From Dimorphilus gyrociliatus (Eukaryota > Animalia > Annelida), in contig CAJFCJ010000004.1 in NCBI GenBank assembly GCA_904063045.1, forward strand, positions 1,543,713 through 1,607,712: a stretch of 64,000 bases of DNA, written 5' to 3'. Position 1 is the stretch's first letter. Each line of letters starts with the position of its first letter. A program made the translations under genes and the position numbers. This document shows, piece after piece, positions 51,128-62,534 of this stretch. Under the pieces are notes generated by a model. The model made no database searches. It was not told the origin of the DNA and was given only the letters and a program-made list of their open reading frames with translations.

Positions 51128-54100
51128 AGAGTTTATGCGTATTTGTGTGTGTATGTGTGCGTATGAGAGAGAAAGAAAGAAAGAAAGAAAGAAAACAAGA
51201 AAGAGGACGGATATGAATTGGAGCGTGAGGTAGAGACTTCATTAAATTTTGTTGCATATTCTATTTATTATTGCCGTTTCTATTATCTTAATCATTAACT
51301 GTGTACAAATATGAACATATTGTGTAGGGCGATAGACTAGGGGAAGTTTTACACTGTATGACCATTTGAAAGCGTACAGTTACTGTTTCAGAGTAAATAT
51401 GAACACATAAAAAAGAAAGAATAAACACTCTTTCGCGGGTTTTTTTTTTAATTCGCTCATTCCTATACGAACTGGCTAATTCCGCTACTAACTTCAAACG
51501 CCCGAGCCGGTCTCAAGCAGCACCTTTTAATATGACCCCGCCTAACCCCGCTGTTCAATCTCCAATTCGTTCCTATTATTGAGAACGTATGCGGAGGTCA
51601 AGAGAAGGTCGGTTAGGGTAGAAAGAAAGGAGGAGGGGAGGAAAATATTTTCATTTCTCTACTTTTTGAAAGAAAGGGGTAGGAGAGCGGCGAAGGAGAG
51701 AAAGATGCCTGAGAGTTTGGGACAGATGCGAATTTTCGCAGCATCTTTCGTTGATCGATCAAAAGAGAGCAGAGTCGGGGATGATCTCTATTCTACACGA
51801 CCATCGCATTAGTCTTTCCGGAGGCAGGGTCATGATTTTTTGTATAAAATGGAAGCCGAGAGACAAATTAAGGAAATTCCAGCGTGAAAGGGCAAAGTCG
51901 GATAAAATTTTTAGGAGGTATAAAGAGCTGTAGAAGGTATTGGATTGTTTACCAAACTAGACAAACACGACGTCAACCGAACGTCTCTTCAACAGACGCC
52001 CGCGTCACACGCCGCTCAAACTCGAGATAAGTCAAATAGACACTTTACCTCCGAGTCCTTAATGCAATAGTTAATCGCCGACATTTGACCTTTTCCGCTC
52101 CTTCTTCGTTGCGCCACGCTTAGCATCCGAATCAGATATGCAAATATACAAACTGACCGACGTTTAATAGACGCTTCCGAAGTCATTTGGGTGAGAAGAT
52201 AATTTTCTAAAAGTCTCCAACAACACAAGTGCATGTGCTGCCATCTACCGGACAACATCGGGAATCATTTCTTCCCCCCCTCCTTAAAAATTGTCGGTCC
52301 TACCCTCCCAAATCAATACTAAAGCGATATATTACAACTTCCTTCCGAATAATCAAACAATCATCGCTTTTCACATAATCTTCTTACGAAATCTGCTTAT
52401 TTTCGTAACTACATCTGTCTAAGACGGCTCTGTTCATATCATTAATAATAAATACAACAGTCACCTCTGTTAATTTTCGTGCCAGAACAGCGTAGGCTTG
52501 TTTTCTAAGTATAAAGTCAAGGTTATTTATTCACGCTTTACCAAGAACATAATATAAACCTTATATTATTGTTTTAGGACGGGAAAGCTAACACTAATTT
52601 TTGTTGATTATAAACTAAAAGGACGGCGTCACGATAAGTTTCCCCACAACTTCGGATGCCGTAAAGATTAAAGGAGACGGATTAAAGTAATACAGATGAT
52701 AAGTTCTGAATTTAGATAAAAAAGTTCTTAACGTCATTCGAAGACCTACTTTCCTAAAAGAATACACTACAGGAAACCCATTAGGGAAATTATAGGTGGG
52801 AACGTTAACAATGAATTGAATGAAACAAGAAGTAAACAATAGCACGAAGGCTCCTTTTGATAAAAAAAAGACCGAACAAAAAGTTCAAAATGAATCTATA
52901 CCATATATATATTTACGTATAAAACTATATTCTAATAGTATGTACATACATAGACATTACTATATGATAATAGAAAACATCTAAGTATAGATGTATAAAC
53001 ATTGCTTACACATATTAATTTATGTGTTTGTATACGTGTAAATGTACTGGTTGGGATTGTTTTCTAGAAAGCTTGAATTCAAGATGGGTTGCTTTCTTGG
53101 ACGCCATTTTGTAGACTTTATAGTTTCTGGAGTGCATGTTGTCTTTGAGATGTTTTTTTTAGATAATAAAACGACTAAAAAACATTAAATCTGCCAAGTA
53201 AAGTGCGTAAGAACCGCAATTCTGGAAAATACTATCTGGAAAACAACCATTTTCCTACCTTATACAAGAATATATAAACACATCTGCATTTATATGATAA
53301 CATATGTATGTATATAGTATATTTCTTTTCGTATAAAGTGTGCCATTGCAACCGAACCTTAATTTAAAAAAATATTCAATTTGCTAAATTGATAGCAGTC
53401 ACACTATACATTTTTTTTTAGATTTTATAATTTAGTCATTTTGTGAGTAATACGATAGCTAAGAGATCAAAGTTCCAATTCCTAGACACCAATAAAGTTA
53501 ATAGTTGATACTATAATATATGATAAATCTTTTTTTTTTATACACCACTGCATATTCGATATATTTATAGTTCTACTATTTAACAATTTTTATTGGATTT
53601 TTTTTCTCCTCTTTTTTCCCCTCATCTCCCGCCCCCCCGCCCTGAATATTCATTTATGTGATATATAAACAGTTTTTACAAACATATCATATATTCTTTT
53701 CTTTATAATTTATCCCTTTCTAGCGTTTTACCTACTTGAACTACTGAAATTGGTCTACGTAATTTCCTTTCCGTTAAGGGTCGACTATTACTCGTAATAG
53801 GCCTATGACAAATGGAATAGCTGTTTTTTTTTCTAGTTTGTCCAGAAGGAAGGTTTTTCAATAGATGGGATAGAGGCTGTTGTAGTCTATTATATGATCT
53901 ACTATCTCAAAGGCTGAAAACTTGTGATGGTAGACCCAATTCTTGAAAAACTTGCTAATATTCCTCTAGAATGGCTTCTTCCTATTTGGGTAAAAAGTTT
54001 TCTGCCACAGCATTTAAAAAGTAAATGAGGATTAGGTTAACATTATAGGAAAATTAAAACTTTGGTGTTTTATGAGACATTGAACGTTGTCATTAAGGAG

Positions 54101-55593
54101 AATGATTTCTTGGGAAAAAGAAAGGGTTTCCCGTCAATCTTCATCATATAATTTATCACTTTATTTAAATTCTTTACAAAAATAGACAGCTAATGAACCT
54201 TTTTTCTTAATCCCGTTATAAACACATTTAAATGGGCAACGTACGAAGAAAAGAAAAGAGAAAAGGGGAGCAAGGAAGAGAATAAATGTACGTAGGCATG
54301 TACGGGCAAATGTGTGCTTACAGACTCTACACCTATATATAGTATATATATATATAAATGCGTATGTACTTGTAATTAGAGATATAAAAAAAAAATGGGA
54401 GCTAGAAAGATAGGCATAGTAAATGAATAATAACAGACAGAAGGAAATAATAAATGTCAAATTAAGACAAACATGAATAAGATATAAAAGTACTGAAAGA
54501 ATATTTGTTGAATTAAGCTTTATCCTAACACCAGCGACGTTTGTAGTATTGCTATGCGTATTAATGTATGAAGATTATATATTTATTTATATTTACACAT
54601 TAGACCATAAAGTATTTTCGTCTTTCATCGACTTTGTTTAATAAAAACTAATTACCTACACGTTTATGTAATCTACTTATGAAACGAAAGATTATACAAA
54701 TTCTATATTTCTTTTTTTTTTATCTCTTCTATTTACAGTGTTAGTTTATAAAGTTTATGTGGTTCATGCGATAATTACATCTGGTACAATATGTAATAAA
54801 TAGTATTATTGGATATTATCATTCATTATCCTAATATACTATATTTAGTATAGGCTAGCTAATGTTCATATTTAAGTAGAAAATCTATTTGTATAGTATA
54901 GAGAGAGAGAAAAAGAGAGAGAGAGAGAGGGGGGGGGGGAAAGAGAAAGAGTGCATATAAGAAGAGTGAGAAGAAGTGGGTGGGTGAGAAAGAGGGAGCA
55001 GGAAAAAATAGTAGAAAGAAAAAGTCTCTTCTCTTCTTCTCTATCAACATTCTCCCCCACTCTCTCAATCTCTTCTTTACTTTTTTTTCTTTCATTCTCT
55101 TTGGGCACCTTACTGACTTTATACAGTAAATATTGTATGCATTATAAAGGTACATACATTTTAGACCATTATAAGTTTTTGCGATGAAACTACGTAGAAT
55201 AATATGGAAGGAATACGAATGGTAAAACTATAATATACGTCTTTGCGTTAGTATAATAATCAGAGATCAAAGACGGAGACCGACGGTTAGCTCGACGAAA
55301 GCCGTTTCCGATATAACGCGTTGTGGCGTCTGTTTTCAGCAAGAATAGAAAATCTTCGACCTTTTTACCACCGTCGTTACAATGTTATCTTTATCATTCA
55401 TCAACTGCTTGTGTAAACAGTACTTTAATTATCTCTCTTCAACCGTTATAATAAAGAAAAATGAAACAATTCTATTCTAAAAATTTCTTACCATTATTGT
55501 CACTCTCCTGGTCCACCTTGTAAAGGTTGCCTGGAAAATTTACAATGGTTCCCCATTATCCTCCCATTGCTGCTTACTTATTCCAAAAACTGA

Positions 55594-55601
55594 TGACGTC
55601 A
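55594..55601 (+). promoter_or_regulatory. CRE upstream of the neuropeptide gene's probable non-coding first exon
   Basis: TGACGTCA, followed by a GC-richer segment ending at a GT donor near 55687; matching acceptor AG at 56347-56348. Confidence 0.45.
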
Positions 55602-56358
55602 GCGCTCGAGAAACGTTTATTAAAGGGAGCGGCGCCGTCATATAGCGCTCCGATCTGAGCGTCTTCACTGTCCGTTCTACGCGGTAGGTAAAACTTTTCC
55701 TATCATACTTTTTCTTCGTGTTTTTATGTTTGGAAAGTTAATTAATTTATTTTAAATTATTAATTTTAATAATACTTTAGTCAGTGTTTTCCTATTACAG
55801 ATCATTTTTAAGCTAAGATACTATATGCCTTGTGTATTCATTATAACTAAGTTAGTTTACGAGCTGTAAGCTAAAACCTATTGAGTTAGGCGCGTTCCAT
55901 TAAGCAAAAGCACTACGGATAAAGTCGCAGTAGCTTTTCCCTCTCCTTAAAAAAAACCAGCTATACACGCATATATAGTTATATTTATATATCTTCTACG
56001 TTTGTATGTATTGAGCTTATAAATTAAAAAAAAAAACTATAATTATATATGTAACAAAATGATGGAATAACTAAAAATGTCAACGATATTCCATCATTTC
56101 ACTCAATTTATTATAACAATCATTTATAGCTCTCTTCATAGTTCGATAATCCTAATAAAAACGTTACTTTTTTGTTGCCTTGTTCTCAATTAGAAAATTA
56201 TCTATTATAAAATCGTTCAGTAATTCATGAATTTAATTCTGTTCAGAAATCGCTTGGGATATGTAAATTAAGAAAAATTTTTACTACTGCTTCCAAAAAC
56301 AACACAATTTATTCTCCATTTTTCTTTTTTATTTCACTTTTCTTTTAGACAATCAACC

Positions 56359-56886
56359 ATGATGACATCGCTTTTCTTCGTTCTGGCGTGCCTCTTAAGT
56401 TTAGGCAGCTTGCAAGAGCAGGAAAACTGTAATAGGGCTCTTTGCGGTGCCTGTCACCTATTTCTATCCGTACCGCAAAATGAGTGTTGCACACAACCGG
56501 AAACAGCTCAACTTTGCGGTAGATGCTTAAATGGAGCCGAAAATTGCGACATAGACAAACGCTCTTCATCATTTTGGGACAAGAGAGCCAAGTTTATGCT
56601 TGGCAAAAGACCTTCGGAATTCTGGGAAAAGAGAGCAAAATTTATGCTAGGGAAGAGAGGACCAGCTTTCTGGGACGACGAAGAGAAAAGAGCAAAATTC
56701 ATGTTGGGAAAGAGGGCCAAATTTATGTTGGGAAAGCGAAGTCAATTCTGGGACAAAAGATCTGACTCTTCGGCTTTCTGGGAAGATGAAAAAGAGAAAA
56801 AATCAAAACGGGATGCTTCAGCAGCTAGTAGAATGCTGATGGATAAAAAACAAAAGTTCATGTTGGGCAAGAGGGCAGATGTATAA
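56359..56886 (+). CDS. Neuropeptide precursor (AKFMLamide; resembles the annelid FLamide class), 175 aa
   Basis: Signal peptide, 8-Cys N-terminal segment, 4x AKFMLG and 1x QKFMLG each followed by KR, interleaved FW(D/E) peptides. Confidence 0.93.
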   Translation: MMTSLFFVLACLLSLGSLQEQENCNRALCGACHLFLSVPQNECCTQPETAQLCGRCLNGAENCDIDKRSSSFWDKRAKFMLGKRPSEFWEKRAKFMLGKRGPAFWDDEEKRAKFMLGKRAKFMLGKRSQFWDKRSDSSAFWEDEKEKKSKRDASAASRMLMDKKQKFMLGKRADV

Positions 56887-56910
56887 ATGCTCAGAATGTA
56901 AACATTAAAA

Positions 56911-56914
<4 letters not shown>

Positions 56915-56969
<55 letters not shown>
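56915..56969. repeat. (AT)n microsatellite in the neuropeptide 3' UTR
   Basis: Direct reading, about 55 nt. Confidence 0.9.
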
Positions 56970-56972
<3 letters not shown>

Positions 56973-57324
56973 TATATCCATATATATATATATATAAATA
57001 TATATATATATGGATATATACAATAAAGAATAGCAAGTATCTCTGTCAGTATACAATATACACATATACAAACATATATATATATATATATGTATGTATA
57101 TATATACTGTATAAATTATGAAGCAAACAAATAATACATAAATATATTACATAAAAATAAATACTTAAATATAAATAAAAATATATATTAATATAAATAT
57201 TAATATAAAAATTTATATACTGTATATATATATATATAGATGTACTTATTCCTATACTTATGTGTGTATATATACAGTATATATAAGTAAAAATGGATAA
57301 ATAAATAAAAATATACATACATAA

Positions 57325-57495
57325 ATATATATATATATATATATATACTAATATATATATATATATATATACTAATATATATATATATATATATACTAAT
57401 ATATATATATATATATACTAATATATATATATATATATATATACTAATATATATATATATATATATATACTAATATATATATATATATATATATA
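57325..57495. repeat. Compound minisatellite (AT)n-ACTA, six units
   Basis: ACTA interruptions at 57347, 57371, 57395, 57417, 57443, 57469 (periods 24, 24, 22, 26, 26). Confidence 0.9.
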
Positions 57496-58254
57496 ACTTA
57501 TATGTAATAATAAAACCGCTCTTTTTTTGCATTGTCAAGTGTGCAAATAGAAATCGAACGCTATTAACCGGGTTATTTGTCTTAAATAGATGTTTAACGG
57601 ATGATAATCGTGGCTTGTAGACGCGTAATACCTTCTTCCTTAAAAGCCTCTCGCCTTCGCCTACTAATTATATAGTTTCGATCGTCTTTTGTCATCTGAC
57701 ACCATCATCTTTTTATTTCGTTTAATATTTGCGCCGAGTCTTTCTTTTTCTAGCTTTTTTATCGATCTACATAGAATATTATACTTCTGCTAGTATAAAA
57801 GAAAATCGGCGCGTGTCAACACTAACCATTATCTTAGACATATAATAGTTCCTCCCCCTCTCATCTTCCATAACGCTCCAATTTATGTTTTTTTTTCAAA
57901 CACCAGCGTCTACTGGCACGCCCCCTCTCTTTTCTGCCCTCCGTCAGCATAATGGTTCGTTTGTCGACAAGTCATGCCATCTACATTCCAAACCTAATTG
58001 CTGTGCCCTCTTAGTTATATCAGTAATTTTGTGACCTCTAAATAATATCTATATTTAGAACTCTAAATAATTAATAAAACTTATTTTCACGTAGCTGATA
58101 ATCATATCGCTTGAATAAGTTCAAGTTCTTTTTATCGATTTTTATCAATTTCTTTTAAAAGCGATAACGTGGAATGTGATTTGTTAGTCACTAACCTGAC
58201 AATAGAATTGCTGTTAACAGTTATACATAACAATATATATCGAAAATCAGCAAA

Positions 58255-59203
58255 ATGGTTGAAAAGGCAGTTCTTTTATTGTCCCTAATTGCCTTTTTCG
58301 TCAGTCAGGTTGATTAATTCTTTTGCCTTTCTCATCTTATCTTTAATTTAACGCTCCAAAACCCATTATCTTCCATCAAGGTCGCAGAAGCAGCTGACGA
58401 GACTCATGCGAAAAGTTTAGCCTCAAATGAAGTCGAGGGTAAAATGGATCATTCCGGACATTCTATGAAAGTAAAAATTGAAATCACTGCTCTTCTAAGA
58501 AAGCAGCAAATCCAATTGTTCCCATTTTCACGTTTTCACATTCCAGATGTACTTCCACACCGATGTACACAATACAATTCTATTTAAGAAATGGCATACA
58601 ATGAATTGGAAAGGTGAGTATTATTTATTTAGCTCTAAAAAAGAACGCTGAATTTTCGATTATTTTTTGCTCTGTAAATAGAACTACTGGGCTCTTGCTT
58701 TGGACTGTTTTTTATAGGTATTATTTACGAAGCCTTAAAATTTCTTAGAGAATATTTGAAAAGGAGAATGGCACCAAAAAATAGTTTTACAATTAACCCA
58801 ACTGAATCAAAGACTAGAATTTGTGAGCAACCTTCAACGAGTCAGGGTCCAAAGTTAGTAATATTCGTAATTTTAATTTTTATAGATAGAAAACATATCA
58901 GCTATTATATATCTTTGCGTACAAAATAACGATTTATTATTTCTATTATTAAAAGGGTAAAAATTGACATAATTGTTTATAATGATCTAATTATACAGAT
59001 TTAAATCGATGCTGTCGCCCCAACATCTTGTCCAAACGTTCTTACATTTTATCCAAATATGGATAAGCTACAGTCTTATGCTGGTATTTATGACATATAA
59101 TGTCTATTTGTGTTTGGCAGTAGCTTTGGGGATGTCTGTCGGCTACTTCATATTTGCCTGGTATTCTCCTAACGTCCAAGATAAAAACGAACACTGTCAA
59201 TGA
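58255..59203 (+). CDS. SLC31A1: High-affinity copper transporter Ctr1 (SLC31)
   Basis: Exons 58255-58308, 58381-58470, 58547-58613, 58682-58853, 58999-59203. [27 protein letters not shown] (MxxxM), GMSVG (GxxxG), C-terminal EHCQ. Confidence 0.92.
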
Positions 59204-59444
59204 TCTCTCAAAGAAGTAAAGTACAGCCATCTATCGGCCAGAGAAAAGAGTTCTATGATTATGTGTTTTTATCAATTTTTTTTGTGATAATTAAACGTCT
59301 CGATTAAGTATGCATATTCAATAGATTTATCTTATAGCTGAAGGTTTTTTCTACATAAAAGTATGTAATAAATGTAAATTGGCACAATGCGTATTGATAA
59401 ATTTACCAAAATTAGATAGCAATATTAAATTATGAATAGATTTA

Positions 59445-60576
59445 CTATGATATATGAGTTCGTTGATGGTGGAGATGAATATGACGAATTGCCAGTTCCC
59501 CATCTTGGAAGAACATCCTGCAGGCCTTACACATGAAGCCTGTGACCTTTTCAAAGAGAGCGTTGAAAAGTAGTTCGTTAGAGCCGTCCTCCCACAGTTC
59601 GTCCTTCACAACGTCCGCCTGTGTATTTATGCTATTATTCAATTTCAATCGATTTTCCTTGCCCCTTCACTTGCCCCGTAGTTTTATAGCTAAAATAGAA
59701 AACAAAGCTAAAAATAACCTGAACGATCCTTTGACGTTTTTCATCTATATCTGTGGATAACCGACGTTTCCTCTTTTCCATTTCCGTTTGTAACTTTTCT
59801 TTTTTCTACGAAAAAATAATCATTTATTAATTTTACAATGTAAATTTTATAAATATATCGGTAAATTAAAAATGAAGAGAGAAATAAAGAGGGGGCGTGC
59901 GAAACGTGAAAAGAATGAGAGGGAGAGACAGATAGATAGATGGATAGATAGACGGACAAGAAGAAAAAGATAGAGTGAAAGATGTACATTGACGCACACA
60001 AAAAAAAAGAAAAAAAAAACAAGAAATAAAATTATTCCTTTACCAAAGCGTCTTATTGGTAGGGAAAACACGCAAAAGGGCATTTTCATTTGCTTACCTC
60101 CTTATGTTCTGCCGAATCGATATGTAGGACGTATTCCGGATATTTTGAGAAAGGTCCCGTTGAGCATAGGACACACCCTCGAGAAGTATGACGTCCTTTT
60201 CTCTAAACGTGAAGAAAATGAATTTTTTGTAATTTGCTTTTATTTATTTGCTATTCGTTGAAGTGATTATTAAGTACACATTGTGCACTAAACTCGATTA
60301 ACTATAGCTATTAACCTACCCGATGCTCCTGGGAATTCAAGTGCTTTTCCATCGTTCCTCCGTAGTATTTATAACAGATGGCGCAAAATTTCCTACTGTG
60401 ATATATAAGTGAAAAATATTTCATACATTTTATGAAAAATTCATAATTATATATGTTGATGTCGCATTTTGTTTATCCTTTTTTGTCAAGTTAATTGCTT
60501 CACGTACAGTGTGTCATGATTTTTTGTCTGGTCGCCATCCACCATCCGTAATCGATTCCTTACGTACATATTTACT
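59445..60576 (-). CDS. CIZ1-like matrin/U1-type zinc-finger protein (3' part; 5' exons unresolved)
   Basis: Phase-consistent exons 60576-60508, 60395-60320 (RKFCAICYKYYGGTMEKHLNSQEH), 60202-60098 (CVLCSTGPFSKYPEYVLHIDSAEH), 59805-59719 (basic coiled coil, KRKRR), 59618-59445 (VTGFMCKACRMFF..RHIHLHH). The order and spacing resemble the CIZ1 C-terminal half. Confidence 0.72.
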
Positions 60577-62534
60577 CTGTAAAAAAAATTTTTATTGAGA
60601 TTATATAGTGGAAAAATATTCACTAAAAAGAGATAGAGAGATATGGAAACTGCAAAATAGCGAAAGAAATTTTTGCTAAATTGACAATATAATCTGCTGT
60701 TTATTCTATTTATATGACAAGTCCTGTGAAATAATTTGCATTGTTTTAACGATAGCATAATATCGAATTTAATTTTAAAACAACTTGTAGACATGGCTCT
60801 TTTTTCTTCCTTTTTCTGTCAGCATACTCTTATTTTTTGGGGAAAATTGTAGCAAGTTGAGAAGTGATTAAGTGAGAATGGCAATTTGTTTTTTTTCTCA
60901 AACTACACATTTAAGTATCGTGTAAGCGTAAGTTGCAGTTTACTAGACTTTTACAAATGTTTTTTCCGAAATACAATAAATGAGATTTTACAGATGATAG
61001 CGTGCATAGCAAATGAGAAAGCAGAAAAGCTAATCAGCGCTTCGACTTTGCCCGCGGTTATGTCATCTTTTTGTAACAAACATAGGACTCGTAAGACATG
61101 TTTATAAATACGACTATGAGAATATTCTTCAGTATAAATTTAAGAATATTGAGGGATCAGTTATTTGAGATAAAATTTATATACATATCTATTAGTATAT
61201 AGTCCATACTGTACATTGTACACTGACATTACTAGAGTATTTGCTGATGATGAAAATGCATCAATACTAAAAAAATTATTAAAATGCTGGCATTGTCCTG
61301 GCGATAAATAATTTAATGTTGATGCATAAAGCATACACCTATTCGTGTTTATATGAAACTCATGAGTATAAGAGTATGAGAGTGTAAACCTTTTGCTTTA
61401 TTGAAATATCACTAACAATTCTGCGTAACAATAGATTCTCCGAGTAAAATTTCTGTGAGCAATTACTATCTTCGGCTGTATTTAAAGGGATTATATGGTT
61501 TATCAATCAACGAAACAATCATGTGGTAAATACATTTGATTCGTTTATTACATTCGTATTGAAAGTGAAAATACACGCTCCCTCTCAGTACTAAATATTT
61601 CATATTTAGTTTTCTTAGTTTATAACGTTTTTTCTACTGTAGCTGCAAGCACACCCCGCTTCATCTAATTAGAAAAATTTTTTACTGCTCTGAACGCCTT
61701 TTCGCAAAAATCGATGATTAGCAGCAAAATCGAAAATAGTTGTATTAACAGTCTATTTTTGTTGTATTGTTGAAAAAGGGAAAAAAATCTACGAATCTTT
61801 TTTATTTCATGATTTTAATCAATTATTGCTTTATATCCTCTTCATACAAAAACTTATAAAACAATACTTAGTGAGTAAAATAAGAACTTACCCAACTGCA
61901 AAAGTCTAGTGCGGGCGTTTGAGCGACTGGAGAACGACTAAGCTTTCAAAAGAGTGCAGCGCCACCGTATTGTATTGCAGTTTTTATATCCTATAAGCTT
62001 GCGTAAAGTGTGTATCGTATTCAAGTTATTAACGTTAAATGTTTTAGTCCATTTTCTGTCTTTGGTTGGTTCGGCTGCTTGACATATAACAATACTTTAG
62101 AGAAACAAAGATGAAATTACTCGTTCCCCCGAGATTTTCCATAAACAATGATATTGTTGTCTCGTCTTCTCTTATGTGTCGTTACGTTTTTTCTTAGTCA
62201 ATGGTGAACGTGAGGTCCATAACGTAAAGCAGACATTCCTTTTCTTTGATGCTCATAAAGAAAGAAAATTTTAAAAATTTGAAAGATGAGAAGAATATAA
62301 TTCAGTTTTTATATCTTCCGTTGTGTACTATTTGCTCATTTTCTGAAAACTCCTTTGCTCTTTGTTGTAAACTTCCCATAAAAGCCATAGTTTGAGGGAA
62401 AAGATGAATCAAAAATATTTCGAAGCCCCAAGGGACAGTGTCCACAATCCGAAAAAAAAAGAACGTTTCAACGGAAATTGCTTCCAGCTTCAAATTGATA
62501 GCCGTATAGAGAATCTATCAGAAGTAATGTTCTA

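Noticed and set aside
53837-54028. In-frame TGA in YLKG*KLV suggesting a small selenoprotein
   Set aside because: No redox Cys partner, no SECIS seen downstream, and competing frames are equally plausible.
57325-57495. Regularly spaced repeat that might be taken for a CRISPR array
   Set aside because: Eukaryotic context; the spacers are pure (AT)n and there are no cas genes.
60371-60385. CTCF-like ACAGATGGCGCA
   Set aside because: It is the antisense of the zinc-finger codons TGC GCC ATC TGT (C-A-I-C); a hit near 15710 is likewise inside a Meis exon.
60800-62500. ORF fragments between the CIZ1-like and GBP genes
   Set aside because: Could be the CIZ1-like 5' exons or another small gene, but no consistent chain could be assembled.
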